From contig JANJGN010000210.1 of the NCBI GenBank assembly GCA_026770705.1, positions 1 through 64,000 on the forward strand: 64,000 nucleotides of DNA, written 5' to 3'. How positions within the stretch are numbered: the first letter of the stretch is position 1; each line of letters begins with the position of its first letter. Of this stretch, positions 38,160 through 51,440 are shown one piece after another. The DNA comes from Isurus oxyrinchus (Eukaryota). Position numbers and translations under genes: made by a program. The notes beneath the pieces were generated by a model. That model was given only the letters and a program-made list of their open reading frames with translations, ran no database searches and was not told the DNA's origin.

Positions 38160-38420
38160 GCATACGAATAAGTAGCAGGAGGCCATTCAGCCCCTCGAGC
38201 CTGCTTCGCAAATTAATAAGATCATGGATGATCTGATTATAATCTGAAATCTGCATCCAAATTACCCCCGATAATCTATCACCCACTACCTTAAGAAAAA
38301 TATATCCACTTTTGTCTTAAAAATATTTAAGGCTCTGTTTCCACCGCCTGCTCAGGAACAGAGTTCCAAGGACTCACAACCCTCCGGGTGAAAACACAAT
38401 TTCCCCTCATCTCAGATTCA
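38160..38420 (-). mobile_element. CR1 LINE 3' fragment
   Basis: GGCCATTCAGCCCCTCGAGCCTGC 3' end. Confidence 0.8.
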
Positions 38421-39366
38421 GATCAGGTCCCTGGTTCACTGCACTGCTGATCTATCAAATGGCAAGAATAGACCAACGAATGCGATACCTCCAAGAACAA
38501 AATCATGTCGGAGGAATAGAACAAATGGAAGATGCGGCCGGGGATGCAGCAGATTGAAAACTGATAAAAGTCCGCGGCGGTGATCAGCTGCAGCCGGAAT
38601 TGCAGTAGCGACGGTTGAAGCTCCAGGAGACTGTGGGCATCCTGCACCTGTTCAGAAAGCATGTGACTGATAATCCGGGTGGGGCAGGGAGGGGCCAGAA
38701 TCAGAGAAAGGTACAGGGCGGAATGAAAACTCCGCTTACCGTATCTGTGTCTATTCGAAAGAGTCTTTCGCAACCCACATTTTCCACATTTATTCCTATT
38801 TCAACTAATAAACAACACCCTATTGAAATTTACGATTGGATCCTCTTCCCCCATCATTTCAGGTACCTTATTCCAGACGGTAAAACACCTAATGTAATGA
38901 ATAAAACAGATCTTTCCCTCTCTGTTGTTTTCATGAAATCGAAATGATTTAGTTACTAAATCTTCCGATAATAGTAACAATTGCGTTTGAATCTGTCAAA
39001 AGGGCATAATTTTAGCACATCAGTTGAGTCTCTCTTCCACCTCCTTTGTTACGAGCACAAGAATCCAAGTTTCCCTATCATGTACCGTGTCTGCACTTTC
39101 TCCAAAATCTTGACATTCCTTCTACTTCGTCACACCCATGATTTGCACAGAAAGCTCCAGCGATGATTTCTGCAGAGTTAACACCAAGCTTCCACATTAA
39201 CATCAGCATAGGGTTGTGTCTAAACAGCTCCAATTTAGACTCTTGGGTAACGTTGGTGCCTTGATATGCATTTCAATAAAACCTGGATCCAATCAATGGC
39301 AGCATCCGAACACGGATTGAACCGAATTTACCAGGGGAGGACGTCTAGTTCAAGCATGGGCGTCGC

Positions 39367-39422
39367 TGAGTCACGTGGTGGAAACGCGAAAGCCAATAAG
39401 GAAGATTTCCTGAGTGATGTCA
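39367..39422 (+). promoter_or_regulatory. TCR V promoter (AP-1, E-box, CCAAT, CRE-like decamer)
   Basis: TGAGTCA, CACGTG, CCAAT, and AGTGATGTCA (39413-39422) matching the TCR V decamer; no Ig octamer. Confidence 0.6.
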
Positions 39423-39544
39423 CAATAGGCCTGGCACCCTGAAGTGTGTGGGTGCAACAATGAGCTGAACAGAGCACGGGTTCCCTGTCTCCTCTTCAAC
39501 CTCTGGCTCATTCCATTCACATTCGGTGAGAGTTTAAGTCAGAC

Positions 39545-40100
39545 ATGTTTCTGATAATACTCGCGGCGCTGTTGGGCAGTAAATACTGGATTTAGTTAAT
39601 CATGGCAGATTAGTAGATGAATGTACAAAGACTGCGATAGTATTTAAAACAATTAACGATCAGAAATATCCATATGATGGACAGCTGGGTAAATAGGAGG
39701 TTCCACAAACTCACGGAGCTACAAACAATTTGAGATCAACACTGTTTAACCGCTTGATATTTCATTTCTCCAACTCACAGGCGGACTCTGCGCTGATCCA
39801 GTAACTCAGTCCCCGGTCGCAATAACGGTGTCAGAAGGAGGTTCGGTGCAGTTAGACTGAATATACAGATCGGAATATGTACTACATGCAATGGTACCGG
39901 CAGCAGACGGCACAGCCACCAAGATGGATTATTACCAATGCCTTAGCACAGAGGAAAGATAAAATTTCAGGACGATATCTGGCGGCTGCTGACATGACTC
40001 AAAAGAACGGTTACCTCAATATAAGCGAACTGAGTGTGGATGACGGGGCGGAGTATTACTGTGCAGTGTTAGATCACAGCTAGAACCCCGTACAAAAACC
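39545..40100 (+). pseudogene. TCR V pseudogene (leader 39545-39578, exon from 39781)
   Basis: DPVTQSP..VQLD then a 2-nt deletion at the first Cys (TGA); YMQWYRQ..DGAEYYCAV; heptamer deleted. Confidence 0.92.
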
Positions 40101-40394
40101 TCAGCGGTTTTTGCTCCCGGGTTCCAAAGCAGGGAAGCAGACAGGTCTATTTACCACGGTTTTATTGCTCTGTTTGTCCTTGAACAAATCCACAGAGAAG
40201 CGGTTTTGCGAAATATGTAAACTTATCTCCATGCCTCCATTTAAAGGGGAAATAGCTCCGAACTTACCCTGAATGTCGGTTTGCCAACAGAGGTAATGAG
40301 GGGTGGATTGATCAGCTTAGTCTACATATTTCCACAAGCACTTTATTTAATTTTAATTTTATATATCATTATGTTGATTTTATTCTGGCTTTGG

Positions 40395-40650
40395 AAGCTG
40401 GTCCTTTCCGCTGGAAAATAAATCAGATAATGGTTTATCGGGAACACAAGGACAACAATTTCGCGTCAACATCACCCTACTTTTGCTGCAAATGAACTTA
40501 TATTCTTGAACCAGCAATTCCGCAATCCAGCTCCCGTGCATTTCTTCCTCATGTTCGGTGATGAAAGAGTTGAGGGAAGATTTCAAGTATTTGTGGACCG
40601 AGGGAAAGGCTCTACCACTCTCACCGTTCACTCAGTTCAGTTCTCCAAAT
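40395..40650 (+). pseudogene. 3'-truncated TCR V relic
   Basis: QQFRNPAP..EGRFQVFVDRGKGSTTLTVHSVQFS; paralogue of 50633-50952. Confidence 0.75.
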
Positions 40651-41999
40651 GTGTGGAATATATTTCCCATTGTGTGGAGGAGGGAATTATATTCTCTTAA
40701 TTTTGGGAAAGGTTACAGGATGGATGAGACAAAACGCATGGAGTTGCGTCCCTTGTTCCGAAAGGACTTGTGAAGGGGAATAAGGCAGGAGTGGTATCTT
40801 GCAGTGATAGGCAGTCAGTGTGTGACGTGTGCACTCTGCTGATTCCAACTTCTGACACTTCAAGAACACCTTACATGTGTTTTAGTTCAAAACGAGATTA
40901 GTAAAGAAAGAGTGGAAATAAAGGCATCGATTGCAAGTTGAAGCGATATGTATTTTTAATATTGTTATTTCTTAAATTTTTCTGAATAGCATCTTATAAA
41001 TATTTATTGTCGAGCAGCTCACTCCAGTATCGCATCCCATTCGATGATTCCCAACCTCCCATTCTGCTCAATTTCAGTCAAACACTCCCCAGTTGATGCA
41101 TATGGTCACTTGTGTTTGTCAAATTTAGATCAAAGTAGTATTCAGTCAGTGTATGGCCCCCTTTGTGATCGTTTTCCGAGTTCTAAGAATCAGTGAGTTG
41201 CATTAAAATAAGGACAACATTAACTATTAGGTTTCTCTGCTAAAATTTAACAGGTCGAGCCTGTTCAAAGAAAAACGGTGTGGGCGAGAGTCTGCCTAAA
41301 CAATGTGAGATTTATGTTTGCATCTCTTCAAAGGCCCGTATCTTTCAGCTCAGCTCAACATCAGGTAGAATGCACTGAGGGAGTGCGGCTCTGCCGCTTG
41401 TATCTCACATGTGAGAAAAGAAACAAATGTACAACTTGTGATGGAGGACGAGGGTGTGCCGCTTGTCAAATGAGCCGCAGGAATTAGCTACCTCGCTGGG
41501 AACAGATTTACACAGTTCTGACAGATAGGGTGAAGGCAATTTTTGAATTGGAACTTGAAGTCTGTTCCTAATTCGCGCCGAAAAATTTTGCAAAGGAAAA
41601 TACAATACTGATCTTCACGATGCATGAACCATTGTGTGGCGCTTTGTGTTTATGTTTGTGTATCTGAACGTGCGTTACTTTATGTTCCTGAATGTGCTTT
41701 TCTGTGTTGGTGTGAACGTTTGAGTGAGTACATTCTATTCTGTGCATGCGTGTTTGTGTGTGTGCGTGGGGGAGGGGGGGCGGGGGGTGGGGGGGGGGGC
41801 GGTGCCTGCTGTCTGTGTGTATGTGCCTGTGGGTTTTTCTGTGCCTGAGTCTGTATGTGTCCATGTTGCGTGTGTGTATGTGTCTGAGCCTGTGGATTTT
41901 TGTGCTGTGGGGTGGTGGGGTTTTCCATGTGCATGTGTGTTTCTGTGTGTGCGTGCATGTGCACGTTTGTATTTTTGTGTGTGTGTCGGAGTCTCTGTC

Positions 42000-42129
42000 N
42001 NNNNNNNNNNNNNNNNNNNNNNNNNNNNNNNNNNNNNNNNNNNNNNNNNNNNNNNNNNNNNNNNNNNNNNNNNNNNNNNNNNNNNNNNNNNNNNNNNNNN
42101 NNNNNNNNNNNNNNNNNNNNNNNNNNNNN
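42000..42129. other. assembly gap (N run) next to a (TG)-rich low-complexity tract 41640-41999
   Basis: direct. Confidence 0.99.
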
Positions 42130-42873
42130 GCAATGTTTCTGTTTGCAATGCGCTGCTTGAGGGTCGTACAATACAAAGGATAACTCCCTCTAATCGCGTG
42201 TTGAAGATTTTTCAATTCCATTAATTCGTACATGAATATAAAACAAAACTCTCCAAAGATCCAACCAGTGCAGTCCTGGGTGCGCCTCGTGTTATCCATT
42301 GCATCAAAATGACAATCCTTACTGGGACACATTGGCTGCATTAATACATTCACTTTTCACCTCATTGACAAAACGACAGAGAGAGTAAGAGAAAAGGTGA
42401 CAACAGGATAAAACCATGGAGACGGAGGCCTGGAAAGCAGAGAAGAAGACAGAGATAGAGAGAGGGGAAAGAGAGAGAGAGAGACAGGGCGTGAGATAGA
42501 AATAGAGAGAGAGAGAGAGAGAGAGATAATCTGAAGATATCTTGCAGTAATTGGACACAACCAACACTGATTGGTGCTCAACTGGTTGTCAGTTATGAGA
42601 GATCCGCATGTCCTGTCCCTGAATCCAACCTCTGCTCTCCCAAGAAGTGAAACTTGCTCCTGATCTAAGTGTGATATTTAATGTCGAGTTAAAACGATCA
42701 ACATTCCTAAAATGATGATGACACATCCGTCCGAAATCTAAAGCAGATACCATGTATTCCCCACAGTCCTTAGAGTTCTCGATGCCTGTTGAGAATAATT
42801 ACATTTGGCCAGTATTTGCTGCATGTGTTATGTTAAGTACTGAACTCTGAGACTTCCCATACTCATGCTACAG

Positions 42874-43214
42874 GAACGAATGACTTTGGCTCAGTCCCTC
42901 AGGACCCGCCTGAATTAATGGTTCAGGAAGGGCAGGCCATCATGCTGAACAGCAGTTACTCCACAAACTGGTACTTTCTGCTTTCTCTCTCTTCTACTTC
43001 ATTCAACATCCAGGGGAGGCTTGAGATATTTATTGAAGAGATATGGCACGGGAGCCGTGGGGTGCCTGCCCAGATTTCCCGGACAGATTTCCTGCTCCTT
43101 TGGACAAAGAAAGTGTAACGACCCCATTCAAAGTCCCCAGGAGCTTTGTCCCTGCCGCAGCCGTGTCCTGTGGCCCACATTGCTACAGGAACTCAGTCAG
43201 CCTGTGCAAAAACC
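42874..43214 (+). pseudogene. TCR V pseudogene
   Basis: SVPQDPPELMVQEGQAIMLNSSYST; LRYLLKRY; FPDRFPAPLDKES; RSS CACATTG+23+GCAAAAACC (43176-43214). Confidence 0.8.
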
Positions 43215-44270
43215 GACAAGGCGCCCTCACATCCCTTAACTGATCCACATCTGGAAACTTGATTGTGAATAGAAGACATAATCGAAACCAGCATCTAAAG
43301 TCCAGTCTGGCTGGATGACAGGTTTCTGCACTCTGGACGATAAGTAATTATAAACAACCCCATCGCACCGTGTTTCCAGCCTGTGAGTCAGTATTTTTTT
43401 ACTTTTCAAAAATATACTTTCCTGATAAAGTTTGCAAAAATACTTGATGAAGCATTTGAATTGAATATGACAGAAAGTTCCATAAAATTCAACCTTTCTT
43501 CCAACAGACTGCTCCACTCTGAGGTGCCTCAATGCAATTGCAATACTCTCGATAGTTACCATGTGCATTCCATGTCAGGCATACAGCCCAAGTGCAAAGC
43601 TTTCGGAACTGATGATTACAGAAAATGCCATAAAATTCAGCTTTTCTCTATACATCCTGCTCCACTCCAAGGAGCCTCAATATGATTTCAACAGTCTTGA
43701 TTTTCGCAATGTGCACTCCCTGTCAGACACACAGCTCAGGGATCCTATAACCGTTTGTTAGCGCCCCGTGTTCTGTGAGCAGCAATATTAATTGGAGCCT
43801 CTGGCACTGTCAAAATTAAATATTTCCTTTCGCTTCTCCCGCCTCACGGACTGAATCTGTTCATGGGCGAGTAAATCTATTAACAAGTACTACTTCACAG
43901 ACAGTTGGCTGTTGTGAGAGAATAACGCCGGTGTTGCTTTTCGTCTTGCACTCACTGGGACAGACCCAAGAATACCCAATTTCAAAGGGAGCAGCACTTT
44001 CCACTGCATGAGAATTACAATTTCACTTTCTTTCCCTTTCCCTTTCCCTGCTCCGATGTCATTAATCGGAGAACAAAGGAGTTGCGAGCTGATTGGATGA
44101 CTTGAAGTGTGATGGATGTGGCAATTGATTGGATGTCAGCTCCTGTCTCTGTCAGGAACGAACCAATGGGCAAAAAGGCCGGATATTACATCGGCTCGCG
44201 CTGTGCCTTGATAAGAATTTTTTTTAGGTGAAAGCAGCCCTCTCAATTTCGCCATCATCTCTCCGTGAAA

Positions 44271-45233
44271 ATGTTGACTGTTACATTTTACTCAATGTTT
44301 ACAGCTGCGGCTCTCCTCACGGGTGAGTTCCGAAGTTATTAACTTTGCCTTTCACAGCTGCCTCGTAAATTGCATTTAATCGGTCAATCCGCGGGAGAAC
44401 AGAAATATGCACATATTGATCAGAAGTGCAGAAAGCTATTCGGATCGCTCCTAAGCTTAACCCTGGACACTCTGTTGCAAATTGTACGTGCTCCTAAATC
44501 CCCCAGCCCCTCCCCCAATCCTGCTCACACCCGCCCCAACCCCGCACACCCAAACACACATACACAGGCGCACGCTATTGAATGAGAGTGGAACACTTAA
44601 AGAGAAATATTAGGCAAAGGGAACCCACTACCCTGGATCCAATTTTAACTTTCAAAAATCCATGGCTAATTAGCGTGCGGATCATTTGGAGGTTTTCTTT
44701 CACAGCCCAGTCAGTGCTGATGAAGGTGGTGCTGAAGGTTTATCCAAAGACATTCTATTCATTAGACAAAGAAAGTTACCTTGCATTCTACGCTATGGTG
44801 AAAATATTTCTGTGTAAGACTTCGAATTTAATTCTCAGGTGTGTTTTGCGGGTAACCGACTGTTAATGGATGAGAGACAGAGTGAAGTGAGATTGTTTAA
44901 GTTAATTGCTCCGGGGTCTCTTACAGGACATTGTGGAGGAGTCTCCGTTTCACAGACACCGGCTGAAGTCTCAGTAATTGAAGGAGTCGATTTTCAGTTG
45001 TTCTGCAATTACACAGTTACAAGCAGCGACGTTGATTACCTGTTCTGGTACCGCCAGCATCCCAGCGGTTCCTTGGAGTACTTGCTGCAGAGGAGCAGAT
45101 ACAGCGGGAAAATAGAGGGATTTCTAGAGGACCGATTTTCAGCGAAGCTCGATGAATCTAGCCGAACCGTCCCGCTGGAAGTCTCTAAGGCACAGCTGAG
45201 GGACTCCGCGATGTATTACTGCGCGCTGAGACT
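44271..45233 (+). CDS. TRAV/TRDV: TCR alpha/delta V segment, apparently functional (leader 44271-44322, V exon 44927-45233)
   Basis: MLTVTFYSMFTAAALLTG|HCGGVSVSQTP..LFCNY..LFWYRQHP..DSAMYYCALR. Confidence 0.93.
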
Positions 45234-45271
45234 CACAGAGATACAGAGCTGACTGAAGCTGTACAAAAACT
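45234..45271 (+). other. RSS, 22-bp spacer
   Basis: CACAGAG + 22 + ACAAAAACT. Confidence 0.9.
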
Positions 45272-46602
45272 GTCAGAACGTCGATCGACAGAACAGCGTG
45301 TTAGGGGATATTGCCGGCAGTCGGTGATCTCATCTCAGACCCTCATTCATGATGATTTCTCTTACATGTAATTAGAATAAATGCATCATTGTACTCTTCT
45401 TAAAATGCTTTTTATTAATGACAAAATATACAAGTACAGTTACTAATGAGAAAGACATTCACAGAAAGACATAAACAACAAAGTAGCATTTTAATCAGGA
45501 AACGCAGAGGGGGTACATATGGAGAGTGGCAAAGATCAACGGCACTGGCGCCAGTACAATGGGAAATAATGAAAGTGAATGTTGCGAATGTGAGTTGTAC
45601 TTTGCTCTTCATTGTTCATATTATTAAGGGAACAATCTGCAATCAGAAGCTGTGAATTTCCAAACTTCAATCCAACTGTTTGATGTCCTGGTAAGTGTTA
45701 TACAAGGCTCGACATTCAGCATTGATGCATTTCCCCATGAACAGAGACTGGAGATGATCCCACTGATAATCCGATGATCGGTTTTCATCTCGTATCGTGT
45801 GTGCGTCAGTGGTGGAGGGTGTGAATTTTTGTGGGTGTCATGTTAATCAAGCGGGCTGTTTTTTTCCTGGATGGTGTCAAGCTTCTTGAGTGCTGTGGGA
45901 GCTGCGCTCATTCAGACAAGTGGGGAGGACGTGCCCACACCCCAGCCGGGATGTTCCCAACACTGTCAAAGGATTGGCACCTAGATAACACAAGCTGACA
46001 AAATGTGTGTTTGAATGGTGACAATGTCTCCCATTGTCACAGAAGACGAAGACATAAACTCAGAAGGACAGTTAAAGAGAGACCGGGTGTGGCATTTATC
46101 CTGAAGAACTGACATTATTCACTCTCTGCTCAATGTCCGCCCTTGCTGGTGATTAGAAAAGTCATTCACCGTTTCTGTGGAACGTTCAGGATAGATCAGA
46201 ACTGTCTATTCAAAATGCACTGCTACATACAATGAACTATATCAATAAGAGAGATGGATAACTGCACCCTTCACTGGTTACAGTGAATCCTCTACTCTGA
46301 TTTCCTCTCGCTCCCTCTAGGCTAAAATTAACATGTTCTTTGTGATTAAAATGTTCGAAGAAAATAAGGATCTTATATTTTTCCTGGAATTAATGACCTG
46401 AAGAATCTTCATTTAACAATTTGAGATGTTGCTGCACAGACAGTAACCAGAGCAATTCCTCGTTTTCCCTGATGATGTGACATTGTCACAAACGGCTATG
46501 CCGAGTCATTTCCTGTCTATGTGTGTGACAGGTTTAAGTAGCTCAGTCTGTTGCCGGGCTGGTAGAGAAAGGGTCTCTCGCCCAAATGGCCACTCGCAGA
46601 CA

Positions 46603-47052
46603 ATGATGTATTTCCCCGTGTCTATGAGTCTGGTTTTGGCCCTCTCTGTGCTGTGTAACTACATGTGGAATCAGATTACAAAATACACAAAAATCAGTAA
46701 TGGGTCCAGTTAGTGACATTTGTAGCTGTTCAATTTCTCTTCCAGCCGACAGTGTTGGCGGCGATTCTGGGCATCAAAACAATCCACTAAGAACCGTGAG
46801 GGAAGGAGAACCGGTCACACTGAACTGCACTTTTACAACAGCGGATACTGACCCTTACCTTTATTGGTATCGGCAATTTCTCGGTCAGAATCTAGTGAAC
46901 ATGCTGTGGATCACCAAATACAGTACATCTCGAGCCGATTTGGCCAAGGAGCGTTTCACAGCAGGGCTGAGCACAGAGGGGAGCGCGGTTTGGTGGAGAG
47001 TTTCTATGGCGGAGCTGTCAGATGGAGCCCTGTATTACTGCGCTCTGAGACC
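46603..47052 (+). CDS. TRAV/TRDV: TCR alpha/delta V segment, open (leader 46603-46654, V exon 46746-47052)
   Basis: EGEPVTLNCTFTTADTDPYLYWYRQ..RADLAKERF..SDGALYYCALR; atypical WW in FR3. Confidence 0.9.
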
Positions 47053-47091
47053 CACAGCTGCACAGCTCAGTGCCTGCCCGGTACAAAAACA
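47053..47091 (+). other. 23-RSS
   Basis: CACAGCT + 23 + ACAAAAACA. Confidence 0.88.
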
Positions 47092-47944
47092 GCAACACTG
47101 CCTGTAATTAGAGCAATGCCCGCCTGGTGATAGTCGGTATTAGAGTGCTCTTTAATGGAGAAGAGATTCCCACAGGGAATCTCCATCTGCTCAGAATAGA
47201 GGAGTCGGATTTCAGTTTCCTTAATGTGGAATGGACAGTAGATTACCGGGCAAAGTTTAATGGTTTAATTAACTGTATACTGTGTTTCAAATTTCAAGAT
47301 GTCGCTATTCATTGCACATGCAGTTTCCAGAACTGTTTGGCATCTCACTGTCACAGAGATCTCAAAGGAAATATATCCCCCCTGTTTATCTCAGTCTTAT
47401 ACTTAATTTCTCTCTCTCCCCCAATCACCACCTCTTCTTCTCTCTCTCTCTTCTCCTTTCTCCTCTCGCTTTGTCTACTTGTTTCTCTCTGGGTCACCCT
47501 TTTTCTCTCGATATCACTTTCCTCCGATCTGAATCTCTTCTCATGCTTGGGTCATTCGTTCCTTTTATTCATTAATGTTTAAAAGTGAAGTAATTCCTGG
47601 AGGAGATGTGGCCTATTAATCATATGTCCTGAATTAGTCAAAAAGATGGAAATTTCTGACCAAATTCCACTGTGTTTGTGGTGAAAATTCTTCAGCAAAT
47701 GGCTCATAGAGCCTGGTTGTGTGCATCAGAAGCCTCTCACACGGCATTGGAAAAGGTATGACGGCATAGACCCACATACAGACACACGCAGAGATGACAA
47801 TACAGAGAAATACATAAAAAGCACTTCCGGATGCACACACAAAATCAAACACGTACTCTGAAGTGCACAAACTCAAACATACGCGCACAGGCGTACAAGG
47901 ACATAGAGAACCATACATACACAGAGAAACATATGTCTATAGAG

Positions 47945-48222
47945 AGATCAATTAAAGGTCAAACTGTCTCTCAGAGGAGTTAGGGATCATACTGTCTCCC
48001 ATGATCAATTAGATATCAAACTGTCTCTCAGACCCATTGAAAATCAAACTGTCCCTCAGATCAATAAGAGATAAAACTGCACTTCAGATCAATTATTCAT
48101 CAAAATATATCTCAGATCAACTAAAAATGAACTGCCGTCGGATCTATTAGAGACCAAACTGTCTCTCAGGTCAATTAAAGATCAAAAACTCAGAACAATT
48201 AAAGATAAAACTGTCTCTGATG
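47945..48222. repeat. tandem repeat, ~28-bp unit GATCAATTAGAGATCAAACTGTCTCTCA
   Basis: About 9 degenerate units. Confidence 0.85.
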
Positions 48223-49288
48223 AATTCGGGTCAGAGGAGTGGAACAAACGGAAGCTGTGGCGGGGGATGCAGCAGATTGAAAACTGATAAAAGTGCGCAG
48301 CGGTGATCAGCTGCAGCCAGAAGTGTTGGAGAGAAATAGCGACGGTTGAAGCTCCAGAAGCCTGTGAGCATCCTCCACCTGTTCACACATCAAATGATTG
48401 AGAGCAAATAGTGCGGGAGGGGCAAGAAGGGAGCAGAATCATAGAAAGTTAGGGGACTGAATGAGGACTCCGCTTACCACACCTGTGTCTATTTGAAAGA
48501 GCCATCCCAATCGCCTTTCACACCCAACATTTTCCAAGTTGTTTTCATTTTTCAACTTGTAACAATTCCGTTTTGAAATGTACGACTGAATCCTCTTCGC
48601 CCATCATTTCAGACACCGTATTCCAGATGGTAACACATACAATGTAATAAATAAAACCGATCTTTCCCTCTCTATTGTTTTCACGAAAATCGAAATGATT
48701 GGGTTATTATATCTTCTGTTGATGGAAGAAATTACGACCTACTTTCAATAAAGGGCAATTTTTAGCACATCAATCGAGTCTCTCTTCTGCCTTCTTTGTT
48801 ACGACGACAAGAATCCATGTTCCCCTCGTCTGTTCGCATAAATGTTCCCCATCTGTTGTACCCAGCTGATGTGCAGCGTCCGCGCTTTCTCCAAACCCAG
48901 CAATGTTTTCTACAGATTTAACATCATGTCGCAAAATAAACATCAGTTGCAACAAAGGCTGTGTCTAAACAGTTCCCATTAAGATTTCTGGGGAACGTTC
49001 GTGTTTTGATGCATTTCAATAAGCCCCGAATCCTCTCAACGGCCGCATCCGAACACGGATTGAACTGAATTCAGTAATGGGGGGCGCCAAGCTCAAGCAG
49101 AGCGTCACTAAGTCAGATGGTGGAATCGCCAAAGCCAATAGGGATGGTTTCCTGAGTGAAGTCAGAATGGGTCTGGCCCCCTGCAGCCTGAGGGTGGAAC
49201 AATGAGCTGAACAGAGCCTGGGTTCCGTCTCTCTTTCTCAATCCTTGGTTCATTCCATTTGCATTCATCGAGCGAGATTCAATCAGAC

Positions 49289-49856
49289 ATGCTTCTGATA
49301 ATGCTGGCGGTGCTGTTGGACAGTAAGTATTGGATTTAGTTAATCAAGGCAGAATCATGTATTATTGTATGGAGATTGCGCAAGTAAGTAATACAATTAA
49401 AGATCAGAAATATCCATATGATGGACAGCTGGGTAGATAGGAGGTTCCACAAACTCAAACAGCTACAAACAAATTTAGGTCAATACTGTTTAACCGCTTG
49501 ATATTCAATTCCTCCACCTCACAGGTGGACTATGCGCAGATCCAGTGACTCAAGCCCCGGTTGCAATAACGGTGTCTGAAGGGGGTTCAGTGCAGTTGGG
49601 CTGCGAATACGCACATCGTAACATGGAGTACATGCAATGGTATCGGCAGCAGATGGTACAGCTACCAAGATGGATTATTATCAATATCTTATCACTGAAG
49701 AAAGAGGTAGTTTAAGGACGATATATGGCGGCTGGGGACAAGTCTCAAAAGAACAGTTACCTCAACATAAGCGAACTGAGTGTGGAGGATGGATCGGTGT
49801 ATTACTGTGCAGTGAAGCACAGCGTCATATCACAGCAAGAACCCCGTACAAAAACC
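49289..49856 (+). pseudogene. TCR V with a single nonsense codon (leader 49289-49322, exon 49525-49817)
   Basis: DPVTQAP..LGCEY..MQWYRQ..EVV*GRY..DGSVYYCAVK; TAA at 49713 (TCA in the paralogue); RSS CACAGCG+23+ACAAAAACC. Confidence 0.92.
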
Positions 49857-49999
49857 TCAACGAGCATTTACAGCTTTCTTTTATGCCTTGGCCAGCAGGA
49901 ACAGTTTGATCCCGGGTTGCACAGAAGCAAAAGAGACAAGCTTATTTATTGCACTTATCCTTGCCCAGATCCACAGAAAAGCAGCATTGGGATTTTGTT

Positions 50000-50356
50000 T
50001 TAAATCGTGGGATGTGGGCATTACTGGCTAGGACAGCATTTGCTCCCATTCCTAAACTGCCACTTGCTCAGAGGATACTTAAGATTCAACCACGTTGCTG
50101 GGCCTAGAATCACATGTAGGCCAGGCAAAGGCAGCAGATTTCCTTCCCTAAACGACATTAGTGAACCAGATGAGTTTTTGCAACAACGGACACTGGTTTC
50201 ATGGTGGCGTGTTTGGACACGGTCATCATTAGACTTTCAATTGAATTCAAATTCCTCCAGCTGTCATGGTGGGGATTCGAACTCGGGTCCCCAAAGAATT
50301 AACCTGGGTTCTCGACATCACCAACACAGCACGAATGCCACTGCGGCATAGCCTCC
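50000..50356 (-). mobile_element. tRNA-derived SINE, full length, absent from the paralogue
   Basis: B-box GTTCGAATCC; CR1-type tail GCCCACATCCC. Confidence 0.8.
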
Positions 50357-50632
50357 AAAGCGTCGAGTTCATCTCCATACCGCCAATTATACGATACATA
50401 GCTCCAAACTGACTCGGAATATCGATTTGCCAACAGAGGTAATGAAAGCTCTCAGACTTGCAGCTCCTATAGCTGATAATTAGGGTTGTTCTTACAGAAC
50501 CATTAACTCAGGTCCATCCAGGGTGGATTGGTGGATGGTTGGATTAATCAGTTTTTTCTACCCATTTCCACAAGCACGTTGTTTAATTTTCCTTGAATAT
50601 ATCATTATGTTAATTTGATTCTTGTTTTGACA

Positions 50633-50952
50633 GCTACTCCTTGTCACTAGCTTAAAAAAAACAGATGTTGGGTTATCAGGAACGCAAGGACAATCATTTT
50701 GCTTCACCATAACTCTACTTTCGCTACAAATGAACTTATATTCTTGTACCGGTAATTCTCCAATCGAGCTCCCGAGCATTCGTCATCATATTCAGTGATG
50801 AAAGAGCTCGGTAAAGATTTCAAGTATCTGTGGACCGTGAGAAAGACCCTGCCACTCTCACAGTTCTCTCGGTTCAGTTCTCAGATGCTGCTGTGTAGTG
50901 CAGTGTGGTAAAGCACGGGGAGGCAAGGAGGTGAGGAGATTGTACTAGAACT
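50633..50952 (+). pseudogene. TCR V pseudogene
   Basis: FQVSVDREKDPATLTVLSVQFSDAAV*; RSS relic CACGGGG+23+ACTAGAACT. Confidence 0.8.
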
Positions 50953-51139
50953 CACTCACCAATGAGACTGGTGAGAAAATTCGGACATGGGTTTTAGAAG
51001 CGAGAGTGATACAAGTCAATTCTGCAAAAAATTCAATTCATCATCCGAGTTATTTAATGGAATAAAAGTATTTTTATGATTTACAATAACATAACATTCA
51101 GATTAATCCTCTGCACAACAAATAAAACACACATGGAAA

Positions 51140-51440
51140 GGATCTTCTTTCGTGTGGGACAATCTAGAACTGTTTAAAAAGAAAGCGTCTCCTATTTAAG
51201 GCATTGATGAGAAGACTTTCTTTCTCTCAGAAATTAGTGAGTCTTTGGAAGTCCCTTCCTCAAAGGGCAGGTGAAGCGAAGTCTCCGAATGTTTTCAGGG
51301 TAGAGGTAGATCGACTTTTGATAAACAAGAGAGTGAAAGGTAACCCGGGATGGGTGGGAAGCTACAGTCAGATCAGCCATGACCTTATTGAATGGTGGAG
51401 CAGACCTGAAGGCCCGACAGGCCGACTACAGCTCCCCTTT
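51140..51440 (+). mobile_element. CR1 LINE 3' fragment
   Basis: MRRLSFSQKLVSLWKSLPQRA..FRVEVDRLL. Confidence 0.8.

Larger units (their letters stand above)
38505..40650 (+). repeat. segmental duplication B, copy 1 (paralogue 48229-50885)
   Basis: Colinear upstream region, V gene and relic V. Confidence 0.9.

Noticed and set aside
41568-42353. Long ORFs around the gap
   Set aside because: Artefacts of TG/CA low complexity and N run
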